NCBI GenBank assembly: GCA_050273025.1
Contig: CP158635.1
Location: 29,822,001-29,886,000, forward strand
Length of the DNA: 64,000 bases
Direction of reading: 5' to 3'
Source of the DNA: Cenococcum geophilum
Taxonomy: Eukaryota
The translations under genes and the position numbers were made by a program. Below the pieces are notes generated by a model. The model had not been told where the DNA came from and made no database searches. It saw only the letters and a program-made list of their open reading frames with translations. Positions 13,014 to 23,706 of this stretch are shown here, piece after piece. Every line of letters starts with the position of its first letter. Positions within the stretch are counted from its first letter, which is position 1.

Positions 13014-13537
13014 AGGATCTAAACGCGAAGTAATATAAAAACTAAGAAGTAATATACGTACTAAGAAATATTGTAAAAGAGTTTATTAAGTTATTCTATA
13101 AGGGACTAACTTAGGGATATAACGGAGCTATGGGCTTAGTATTAAGACTCTAAGAGGAGTATATTATTAATGGAATCTAAGGACTAGTAAGATAAGTTAT
13201 AAAAGAATATCTAGATTGCTAAAGAAATAAATTAATAAGGTATAAGCTATATAGAGAGCTATAACCTATTAAAATACCAGAAAGACTATAGGAGGTTATA
13301 TTATAGGACTTTATTATTAAGTTGCCAAAATTAAGAGACCCTATTACTGAACAAGATTACAACGCAATCTTAGTAATAGTAGACAAGCTTATAAAGTGGG
13401 GATACTTTATAGCATATACAGAAGAAATCTTAGTAGAGGATGTCGCTAGAATCTATATTAAAGAAGTGTTCGTAAAACATAGAGCACTAAGTAAGATTAT
13501 ATTAGATAGGGATCTAAGATTTATAGCAGTATTCTAA
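13014..13537 (+). mobile_element. Continuation of the family A host copy (integrase N-terminal/core fragment), truncated
   Basis: Matches ~10525-11047; ORF 13322-13537 gives integrase-like LPKLRDP...AILVIVDKLIK...IILDRDLRF. Confidence 0.88.
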
Positions 13538-14302
13538 AAGGCCTCCGTAGAAGTGCTATAGCTGCCGTAAGCATTAACAGAGCTTAGGACACTAGTTTAA
13601 CTATAAGGGAGGGCCTAGTAGTCCAGTTAGCTTTATTAAGTTCCTTAACCTCTTTATTTAATTACTCTAAGGCTTTCTTTTTACCTTTTATAAACTATAT
13701 ATCGCCAGAAAGGCAATTAGGTATTATTGCTTCTCTATTATAATTAAGTGCTATTATAGCTAATATACTATTACAGTAGCCCGGTACGGCTAAAGATATT
13801 TTAATAATTATATTACGTATAGTAACCATAGCTTAGTAAACATTAGGTAGAATATATAGAATACTAATAATCTTATAAAGCTTTAAGATTTTAAAGACCT
13901 GCTTACTTAGAATATAGGCAATTACTTATCTTTACTTTACGTAATTTGCCTTCTTTCTATCTAATAAAGATAATATCTTATTTCTTATCCTCTTTAAAAA
14001 AAATTTCCCCTAACTCCGGAACCTAATAGGCTGACCCTTAGCCTATATTAGATATATCTATTATAATAATAGGTACCTAAAGTAGTGATTAGATTATTAA
14101 AGATATAGAAGGGGTAGGTTATATGCTGCTTACTTTAATAAGTAAGTTTTCGCCGGTTTATAGAGGTCTTTAAAGGTCTTAGAGATTTATTTATATATTA
14201 ATTAGTAAATATAGCTTATAAGTCTTTTATAGATATAGGGGCTTCTAAGTTATTCTATATACTAGGTAAGGCGGTATAGAGTATAGGTTTAACGTAATAT
14301 AG

Positions 14303-14903
14303 TATTACTGTAAGGGTTATTTTAACCCTTACTCGAGTGCACGCCTGAGAGCTCTTAGGGACTGCCAAGGCTAGCCTTCGGCTAGCCCTTGGCACCTCCT
14401 TATAAGCTCCTCGGGCTTGCAGCCCTCCTGTCCTCCTCATCGGTTCGTCTCTGTACTCAGGCTATTGCCTATCCTCATTACCGTATCGTCCTCTTCCATC
14501 GACTCTCCTGTGACTCATGCTCGGCTCGCCTACTCCCTACCGTACACCTGGGCAATATGCTTTACAATTACGTTGTAAGTATAAGCAATAATAATATATA
14601 GCAAAGTAGATATTATTAAGCTACGTATATAAACTGTGTAATAAAATTAAGACGTTATATAAGGAAAGAAGGAAGCAAACGGGAAGAAAGGGTATATATT
14701 GTTAACTTAGTTGCTTAGTCAATATAAGTACGGGGTAGAATAGGATTTGGGTAGCGGCCCTGGCAGAGCTTGGCAGAATGCGGCAGTATGCTGTTAGATT
14801 GCCATAGATTGCGGCAAATTGCGGTCTCGTGGTCGGTCTCTAATTGCTGAGTCGGTGGAAACAGGTGGACGTGTATAAGGTGTTGCGGGGGTGTCCCGTG
14901 ACA
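14303..14903 (-). repeat. LTR of Gypsy family B (interrupted by a solo LTR)
   Basis: Reverse complement of the 3' LTR at 54526-54896; termini TATTAC / GTGACA. Confidence 0.85.
14309..14566. mobile_element. Solo LTR (258 bp)
   Basis: TGTAA...TTACA termini; 5-bp TSD ATTAC (14304-14308 / 14567-14571). Confidence 0.88.
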
Positions 14904-15234
14904 TAAACTATTTACTATGTAACTTTAATAGAAGGTGTAGAGTATATATAAAAGCTCAAATCTGAATTATTAGAATTTATTATTAAGTAGTTGTTAAGAT
15001 ATTAAGGTATAAATTTTCTAATTTTTTGATGTGGCCCACTTGCCCGCATTGGGGGGGGGGCAGGGGGGGATATGAAAGATAATAAATAGAGACTTGTTTT
15101 GTGCTTAAAATATAGTAGTTAAATGAGGTAAGATTCGCGATCAAATTGATCCAAATGGGACCATAGGGCCCTCAACATTTTCGATATAAATATTAATTTA
15201 TTAGACGAGGTACAAAAAAACTACACAGCAGCTA

Positions 15235-17042
15235 TCACAGCCAGTTTCCAAGATTGCAGTGGACCGATTTTAGTGAACTGTACGCACTTAAGCCAGCCTC
15301 GCCCAGCTCTCTTCCAATACCGCTCATCTTCACGCCGCCGAAAGGAATTCGTATATCCGAGTCGTTGCTTGAGTTGATGAACACCATACCCGATTCGAGC
15401 CTCCTCGCAACGCGATGCGCCTTAACAACGTCTTTTGTAAAGAGCGCACTTGCAAGACCATACGTGGTGTCGTTGGCACGATCGATAGCCTCTTCTTCAG
15501 TCTTGAAAGACACTATAACGACGAATGGACCGAACACCTCTTCGCGGAAAATCTTCATATTGTCCTTCACATTAGTAAATATCGTGGGCGCAATGAAGAA
15601 GCCCTTTCCGCCAACATCTTTGTAGGCTTCTCCACCAGCAACAAGCGTTGCGCCTTCAGACTTGCCAGAGTCGATGTATGATAAAACGCGGTCATATTGC
15701 GCTTTTGTGACTTGTGGGCCCTGGAAGGTCGAGTCTTCGAACGGATTGCCGACTTTGCTTGTCTTGGCAACGTGTTCTTTAAAGGCAGAAACGAACTGGT
15801 CGTACACGCCTTCTTGGACCATCACTCTGGATGTTGCCGTGCAGATTTGGCCCATGTTCGACATGATACCGATGTGCGCCCACTTAACTGCCTGGTCGAG
15901 ATCTGCGTCGTCGAAAACCAGTAGGGGGGACTTGCCACCAGTCTCGAGCGTGATATTCTTCATGTTTACGGACGCCATCTTCATAATCTCGCGGCCAGTT
16001 GCTGTGGAGCCTGTAAAAGCAATTTTGTCGATTCCCAGATGCTGAGCGATGGCTGCACCGGCTTTGCGACCTTCACCATTCAAGATGTTCACAACACCAG
16101 GAGGGAATCCAGCCTCCTTGATTAGATTCGCTAGATAAAGGATGGAAAGGGGTGTCTGCTCGGCTGCTTTAAGAACCACTGTGTTGCCGCAGCAAAGAGC
16201 CGGGCCGAGTTTCCAGGCTGCCATTGCGAGTGGGTAGTTCCATCTGGGTAGGGTTAGAAGGTGGATTTACCGTGGTGTAAAATGCTGGCTAGACCTACGG
16301 AATGATCTGGCCGCAAACACCAACGGGTTCCCGAATTGTATACGCAAGCTTTGCCGGGGAGGTATCAATGACCTGACCATGAATTTTATCCGCATAACCA
16401 GCATAGTATTTAATTGTACCAGCAGCCTCCGCCAAATCTTCATTGAGCGCAACGGAATAGGGTTTGCCTATAACGTGTTAGGTTTTACTTCCAAGAGCAT
16501 ATTCTCCCATTGCTAATATACCATTGTCCCATGTCTCAATCGTTGCCAAAGTCTCTTTGTGTTGTTCTATAAGCTGCGATAGCTTATACAATAAATCACC
16601 TCGCTCTGTTGACGAGATGTCCCGCCATGAGGGGTCTTTGAAAGCTTTGCGGGCTGCTGCGACTGCAATATCGACATCTTCAGGACCGGCAGAGTAGACG
16701 GATGTGATTTGAGTCTCGTCGCTATAATATAAGTTAGCTTTTGACTAGAATTACAGCGTTCATAAACAAAGGTCAAGCCATATGTATAACTTACGTTGGA
16801 TTGATAGTTGTGATCTTCTCTCTAGATCTTGATTTCACCCACTCATTGTTGATGAATAGACCTGTTGGTTGGGTATACTTGACACCATTAGGCGCTGTGA
16901 GCTCGACGGACAGATCAGACATGATAGTACTGGAGAAACGTCTTCCTATAGCAACAATGGGCAAGGGTATAAACGATTTCGGGAGTGTGCAAGAAGCTTT
17001 CCAAGCGGGCTTTGACAAGAGCCTCTCGAGAAATCTAGACAT
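15235..17042 (-). CDS. Aldehyde dehydrogenase (ALDH1/2-like), 4 exons, probable mitochondrial presequence
   Basis: Exons 17042(or 16922)-16795, 16721-16522, 16467-16299, 16243-15235 with GT-AG introns. Motifs IIPWNYP, FTGST, LETGGKSP, catalytic GQICTA, EEVFGP, PFGGVKMSGIGRE. Confidence 0.95.
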
Positions 17043-17524
17043 CAAACTCTTCTCTGCTCTTTGCAGACAGCAGTAGATATTCGGCTGGCCTTGTCCTCCC
17101 AGCTTAGAAATTCCAATTGGATGTTGGAGCTCGATGGACGGACCCCGCCATGACGACCCGCCGGCCGATAACGGGATACAACTTCCTATCGCGGACGTGT
17201 ATGCACGAAATCGCATGCATTTGCTTCATTGGAATTTTCCTCCGCCTTCAACATCACAGCTATTGCCGCAGCTATTACCACAGCTATTATACCCCCCATT
17301 ATGAGTCCTATCTATACTCAATGACCTCCCGCTGAGAAGAGAAGCTGCAGCCGATTTATGGCTAAACAACCGACCACTAGCTTGGGCCTAGCTACTTCCA
17401 CACTGGCGTCCTCACCCACGACCACAAACAATCCCAAATCGCTCCAGCAGCCCAGCACACCCGCCCTGTCCTCCGTAACCGCTCCTTGACCCCTCTGACA
17501 TCCTCCACCACCACCAACCTAGCC

Positions 17525-18337
17525 ATGGACATGACGATCGACCCCGACCCCTCCGCCCCCACCACCACGCCCCCCGATGCCGCCATCGACCAGTCCGCCG
17601 CGCTAACCTACTGGAACTCGATCCCATCCACCGTGAACGGGATGCTAGGCGGCTTCCCGCACATCTCGCGCATCGACCTGCAAGGCTCGGCCAACTTCCT
17701 ATCCAAACTGCGCCGCCAGACGCGCTCACCCGCCGCCACGTCGCCGCTGCCCCGCGCGGCCGACTGTGGCGCGGGGATCGGGCGCATCACGCACGGCTTT
17801 CTGCGCAGCGTTGCGCGGACCGTCGATGTCGTGGAGCCGGTGGGGAAGTTCACGGAGCAGTTGGTTGTGGAAGGGACGGCGGTGGCGGGGAAGGGCGAGG
17901 TGGGCGAGGTGCGGAATTTGGGGTTGCAGGACTGGACGCCGGAGGAGGGCGCGTATAATTTGATCTGGAATCAGTGGTGTTTAGGACATCTTACGGATGT
18001 GCAGCTTGTGGCGTATCTGCAACGGTGTAAGGAAGGGCTGGCGGTGCCGCTGAATGCGGGGGATGGTGAAGATGCTGGTGGTAAGGAAAGTAAGGAGGAG
18101 AGTAAAGGGGAGAGTAAGGTGTTTGCGGGGGCCTGGATCGTGGTTAAAGAGAATATGAGCACGGATCCCAGCGGCTGGGATATTTTTGACGACGAGGATT
18201 CCAGCGTCACGCGCACGGATGCGAAGTTTAGGGTGCTATTCAAGGAGGCGGGGTTGAGAATTGTGGCGACAGAGGTGCAGAAGGGCTTTCCTAAGGACTT
18301 GTATCCTGTGAGGATGTATGCACTAAGATCAGAGTGA
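17525..18337 (+). CDS. NTM1: Alpha N-terminal protein methyltransferase (Ntm1/Tae1/NTMT1 family)
   Basis: Single exon with YWNSIPSTVNGMLGGF, DCGAGIGRIT, IWNQWCLGHLTD, VKEN, DDEDSSVTR, LYPVRMYAL. First ATG 17525 (alternative 17531). Confidence 0.93.
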   Translation: MDMTIDPDPSAPTTTPPDAAIDQSAALTYWNSIPSTVNGMLGGFPHISRIDLQGSANFLSKLRRQTRSPAATSPLPRAADCGAGIGRITHGFLRSVARTVDVVEPVGKFTEQLVVEGTAVAGKGEVGEVRNLGLQDWTPEEGAYNLIWNQWCLGHLTDVQLVAYLQRCKEGLAVPLNAGDGEDAGGKESKEESKGESKVFAGAWIVVKENMSTDPSGWDIFDDEDSSVTRTDAKFRVLFKEAGLRIVATEVQKGFPKDLYPVRMYALRSE

Positions 18338-18914
18338 GAGAAGGTGTCCAAGACGAGTTAGAAGATGGCAGAGTAATGGGAATCAAGAGGTTATGATATC
18401 TCAAGAACCGGGATGCTGGGTTATGAAACCTTAGAAAGAGGTTTTACAACGATTAGCGGCGCTATCGAGCCTACCAAGCCTTTTTGGCGCTGCTGGACTA
18501 CGTTAGAGTCAGGTGAGCCATTTGATAGCATTAAGGCATTTCTCAAATATATCTCAAAAGCAACCAGCAGAAGAGGAGCTGCAGAGAGGTTCGGTGGGTT
18601 TTCAACCCGATCAAGGTGTTCCGTCACGGATATCTAGTGGTAGTTTCCTGGAAAAAGTAAGTAGATAAAACGACATAGCACTGGCTGTCGAGAACTGCAG
18701 GAAAGATAGCAATCACGACAGGATAGAACCAGGATATAGACTAAAATCAATGAGTGATAGACTTTCATTGCAATAAATGTGATAAAATCGCATAGAAAGC
18801 TCCAGTCTTAACGACTTGACTATAGATGCTTGGGTGTATCAATCCAAGTGCCGTAAATCCAAGCCCACATTGAAACCTCACCAACCCCATTTCCCACAAG
18901 TTACAGGGGCCAGG

Positions 18915-20026
18915 TCATCGAACCTGCCCCACAACCCTCTGCCCAGCCGCCGCCCTCTGCTCCGCGGCTTCAGCTTCCCGCTGCGCAGCCATCGCCCGCA
19001 TAGCTGCTTGCATATCCCGATTGTGCTGCTCGGGATCAATAACTTGCGGCACGTTCCCCGTACTCATGAAGCGCAGCACAGTCGCGAGGGGTAGTTTTGA
19101 CTGCTCAGGACCAGCCGCAGCCTTCCCAGCCGCATCTGTCATAGCAGTGTCTTTCGCGCCGCTCTCTTCCTCTTCGTCCTCCTCTTCAGACCCGGATCCC
19201 GACTCCTCGCCCGCCGTGAGCACCTTCCGCGCGATATCGTTCTCCGCCGGCCCCGCCCAGTCCCACAGCTCGGAAATGTCTTCCTCGCGCATCCCCTTCT
19301 TCCCGTCCGCCGCGAAATCAGCGTCCCGCGGTTCAACCCCAAACTCGCTTGGCACGTCGCAGAATTTGGCGGCTTCGTTTAGCCCGTCGATGATCCAGTC
19401 CTCGACTTTCGGCTCGTGCTTTTTCCGCAACAGCGCGCCGAGCAGGGCTTCCTGCGTGCGGCCGGGGAAGTTGGGCAGCGGGTAGGCATGTGCGGAGCGT
19501 AAGAACTCAGAATGCGTTTCTGTTGTGTTGAGGAGCGAGGAGACAGTGCGGAGAAGAAGCGCAGAGGATTTTTGTAGAGATGGCCTGAATGGCGTGTTAG
19601 GTATGGGCGATTAGGATAGAGGGGGGACAGAGAGTGGTTTGTGGGAAATGCGATTGGTAGGGTGTAAATGAAGCGAATGAGAATGGATCTTGCTAGATAG
19701 GCAAAATCGTGAAAAGGGAAGAAAAGGGGCTGTATGAAATGATGAGGATAGCCTTGACATGCGTCTTAGATTTCGAGAAGCAACTTCAATGTTAAAATAG
19801 AAAAGACATTTTAACCCAAAGATTTATTTTTGTGAAGCAGCGACGTAGGTATGGGAGATTAAAAGAAATAACACAAAAGTATAACATACCAGTTTGGGAG
19901 CGGGTCAGTCTGAGCGAGCTGAGCTTGAATCTGGCCGAGGTGCGTGACAACTGCTTGAAGACGTTGACGAGTTTGTTCAAGGGCTTTAATATCTTCTAAT
20001 GAAGGAGCAGACGCTGTGTTCTGCAT
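18915..20026 (-). CDS. MED8: Mediator complex subunit 8
   Basis: Exon 1 20026 (or 20053)-19890, intron 19889-19585, exon 2 19584-18915. Gives DIKALEQTRQRL...PLPNW|PSLQ...AYPLPNFPGRTQEALLGALLRKKHEPKVEDWI, typical of fungal Med8. Confidence 0.9.
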
Positions 20027-20129
20027 CTTGGAAGGAGATTCAATCACGAGCATAGAGCGGCGGGGGTAGCTGAGCGTGGTTACCGATGGAGCGCCGGAAA
20101 AAGGTCGGCGGTACTACACTTTTACCTTA

Positions 20130-21216
20130 TCTCATAAATCAGACCTCCGGGGAGAAATTGCGCTACGACGTGGAAGGACTAGCGCTACGCTTATGGACCT
20201 TACCCTAGTCCTGTGGACTCCTGGACCAATCAGATCACACTAAGAGGAATTTCTCCCCGAGGGTCTAAGAGCTTATGGGCGCCCTTTATATGAGAACTTA
20301 ATGTTTCTTATTAGGCGATAACTCTTCCACCATAACGCGTATCTTAACCTTTTTATAACGTCTAGTTATTATAAAAATACTATAAGGTAGGAGCTCTTTA
20401 ATTTCTCTATCTATTGCATTAGATAACGACGTCGTAGCTATATTATATAGTTGGTTGCGTCAGTCGCATTTTGTTAGTCGCATTTTCTTGTCGCAATCTT
20501 ACCTCACTGCTATGCCTTACATACTTCTCTACGTCTAATTATCTCTAAAATAATACGAGCTAAAAGCTCTTTTTCTTCTCTATCGCCTCTATATTGTGGC
20601 AATATCGTAGCTCTATTCTACAAGAAGTTAGATATAGGTAGTCGGTCAGTTTTAGTCCAGTTTTGTTATAATTTTGCCTTACTGCCAAAACTTATGTACT
20701 TCTCTAGGTCTAATTATCTCTAAAATACTACGAGGTAAAAGCTCTTTGTCTTCTTTACCGTCTCTATATTATAGCAATATCGTAGCTCTATTTTACGAGA
20801 AGTTAGACATAGGTAGTTGGTCGGTTTTAGTTAAAATCTATAAAACATTTAAATTGAAAATCTAACTTACATTCTGCGACGATGTATCTCGTCCCCTAGT
20901 ATTCTTAGTAGGGGGTTATAATTTATAAATATATAGATATAATTACCTAAAGAATCTATTGCATCAATAAAATATATAATAACTCTTATAGTAAGGACGT
21001 CGCTCGTAGAAATACATAAAATTTGATTTTTAAAACATTCAAATCTCACCAAAGCGACGCCCATAAGCTCTCAGACGCTCCGCAGAGGATTTTGTCAGGT
21101 GACAGGGGTGCGCAGGGGGCTGAAATTAGTGCGCTGTTCTAATTGGTCCAGAATAGGGTCTGTGCGTTATCCCATGTCACGGAACAAATCTTCTGCGGAG
21201 CGTCTGATTCATGAGA
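20130..21216. mobile_element. Non-autonomous TIR DNA element (TA target duplication), RIPed interior
   Basis: TA|TCTCATAAATCAGAC ... GTCTGATTCATGAGA|TA; inner inverted pair GTCTAAGAGCTTATGGGCG (~20263) / CGCCCATAAGCTCTCAGAC (~21058); internal ~140-bp tandem duplication (~20515-20655 / ~20690-20830). Confidence 0.8.
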
Positions 21217-21329
21217 TAACTTTTACCACTGCTGTTAGTTGGAAATCACGTGTTTCACCCCCTATTTACTACTACTCCAGAGCCTTCTCAGTGTACTTGG
21301 ACTCAGCTCTCCCAGCTTCTCAGCTGGTT

Positions 21330-21690
21330 CTTCAATCGATTATTCTTGCAGCAGTCAACTGACAACCGTCTCGTGCTTGCTCGCAGACGCTGTACATCTA
21401 TCCGCTCTCAGAGCAGAGTTTTCTTCTCTCAACCCTTCGTAGATTAATAAAACGCTTTCGCAACTACAGAACGTCTGCCTTGTGCTCGAGAAGCAGCTGC
21501 ACTATTGCCTTGTACCCGTCCTCGGCCGTCTAGTACAGCACCATCAATCGTCTCGTTAGACTGCGACAACCCCGTCGGCACCTTTCTCCACCAGCAGCTC
21601 CGCCACCGCCCTGCCAGCGCCCACTGGTGGTACATGGCCTCCGCCTCCCCGAGCTTCTCTTGGCCATGGCAGAGGGTATGCCCAGTACCG
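21330..21690 (-). pseudogene. Patchwork relic of ankyrin and TPR repeat fragments
   Basis: Minus-strand fragments in shifting frames: TPR-like QEKLGEAEAMYHQWALAG; ankyrin-like AVAELLVEKGAD, VLY*TAEDGYKAIVQLLLEHKADV and HETVVS*LLQE. Confidence 0.6.
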
Positions 21691-21935
21691 CAAGCCGTCA
21701 AAACATGCCCGGACGTGGCCACCAATTATGGCGGGCGCTTTCCATTCATTGCATTAATGAGTCGACATGTCGAACGCTCTTATCCCTTGCACCGACTTAA
21801 AACTGTGGTCCGTGCGCACCAATCAATGAGGTGCGCACGAACCACAGTTCTAAGGACGGTGCAAGGGATATACACCCCAGGCCGTCTTCCACGTTGCTCC
21901 CATGCCCAGATCATGGATAGATCCCAGCTCCACCT

Positions 21936-23706
21936 TCACGTTCCCCCTGCCCTTTTCCGATTTGTCAGCGGAGTCATCCGCCGAGTTATTGACGTCGGCT
22001 TCCTCAGCCCTGCGTTCAATTCACCTGCCGGCAACTCATATACGGGCGCCTTCGAGACTTGTCGCGACCACGTGGGTGACTCAGTTGCATCCAATTCTGC
22101 CATCTTGAAAGCTGGCTCGACTGCACCAAATTCAAAGGTTGGTCCTGACCCAGAGCCTCGTTGGAGCTGCCAGTGCGGGGGAGCCTCTGGCACCACCTTA
22201 TCCAACAGCAGTTGCGCCACCACTCCGTGCTGGTTTGAGACTGCCCCCTGCAGCGCCGTTCGTCCAATGCTATCCCTCGCCATGATATTGGCCCCATGCT
22301 GCAGCAGGTGCCGCACCACCGCCTCGTGCCCTTTTTCGGCTGCCAGCTGCAGCGCTGTCCGTCCAGTGTCACTCCGTGCTTCGAGGTCTGCCCCCATCTC
22401 GACCAGCAGCCGGACTACTGCCGATTGCCCGTTGAAGGCCGCGACATGCAGCGCTGTAAATCCAGAAGGCCCCCTTAGCTCAACGAAGGGATATCTCTCT
22501 AGCAGAATCTGGACCACTGACTCTTGTCCATTGTAGGCTGCTATATGAAGCGCAGTAGAGCCAGAAGGATCCTCCGCTTTGACGTCAACGCCTTTCTCTA
22601 ATAGCAGCCGGACCACTCCCGTGTGACCGGTGCGGGCCGCACTGTGCAGCGGAGTTCGTCCCTCACTAGACTTTGCCCTAGGATCCGCCCCATTGTCCAG
22701 AAGCACCCGGACCACCGCTTCGTGACCGCAGTCGGTTGCCAGGTGCAGCGCTGTGCATCCAGAAGAACCCTCGTAGTTTATGTCCACTCCCAAATCTAGT
22801 AGCGCCTTTATCTTCTTCGCATCTCCTTTCTTTGCGGCACGGTGCAACTCGGTGTTGGACTTGAAAAGTTTGAAGAATATGGACCCCATTTGCGCACGTG
22901 GTACCTTCTTGGTCTTGCCAGATTGTGGTGGTGCCAAGTGTGACTTGGGTACCATCGTATCGGCCTCACCGTCACCGTCAAGTAGACTGTAGGTTTCACT
23001 CTGCCCCGAGCGGAAGCTAAAGCCGGATACATCGGTGGAGCTTTGAGTACAAATGGACTTCGAATCGGGGTCGAATTGTTCCCAGAGAGCTTGACTGTAT
23101 CCACAGGGCTTACTAGGGGTCGGGGTATCTATTGGATCCCTTATGTCGATTAAGTCGCCGATAAAGGTGTCATTCTTGAGAAGTTGTCGAATTTCCGAAC
23201 TAGAGTTTCTAAATATTATTAGCATGCTTCAGGCGTGCGAAGTACGAGACTCGAGGTTTCGATTACCTTTGTGCTGCCGCAATCAGCAAGTTGATATCCG
23301 TTAGCTGCCTCTGAATTTGCTGCAGAAGTACCTTTATCAGTACTTCGTCGCACAGATACGTCATGCTCCAGGTGCGAGGGCTCTCTCCCGTGGTTGTTTG
23401 ATTTCCCATACATTTTCCTGCTTCTTCCTCCAGCCTAGAAACCGCGAAATTGCAGCCATTCTGTGCATTTTTTAAAGCTTCTTCAAGCTGAATCTGTGAG
23501 ATGACACGCGATGAGAGGGTGTGAGGTTGGCTTAGCAGCGACTGGATGTCCATCAAAGTCGCGCTGATGGCTGAGCATTCGGCACTAATGGATGATGTCG
23601 TCGGGGCCGCATTATATTTTTCAGTGACATTCTTTATCGCTTTTGCAGTGTTTGCGTAGAAGAAGACGAGGGATGATGCCGCCGGGGCCATCGATCGCGG
23701 ATCCAT
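21936..23706 (-). CDS. Fungal N-terminal helical (HeLo-like/SesA-type) domain plus ~7 ankyrin repeats
   Basis: Exon 1 23706-23267 (MDPRSMAPAASSLV...ISAECSAISATLMDIQ), intron 23266-23209 (GTAATC...TTTAG) in phase, exon 2 23208-21936 with repeated G-x-T-A/P-L-H-x-A-A...GH-x-x-VV-x-x-LL-x-x-GA motifs. Confidence 0.85.

Noticed and set aside
15050..15070. G-run (possible G-quadruplex)
   Set aside because: Simple homopolymer at a repeat edge with no supporting context.
15254..16045. Plus-strand ORFs over the ALDH, and similar overlapping ORFs over NTM1, MED8, the permease and the kinase
   Set aside because: Antisense or alternate-frame shadows of well-supported genes.
21505..22536. 343-aa plus-strand ORF
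   Set aside because: Largely the antisense shadow of the ankyrin gene; no recognisable domain.
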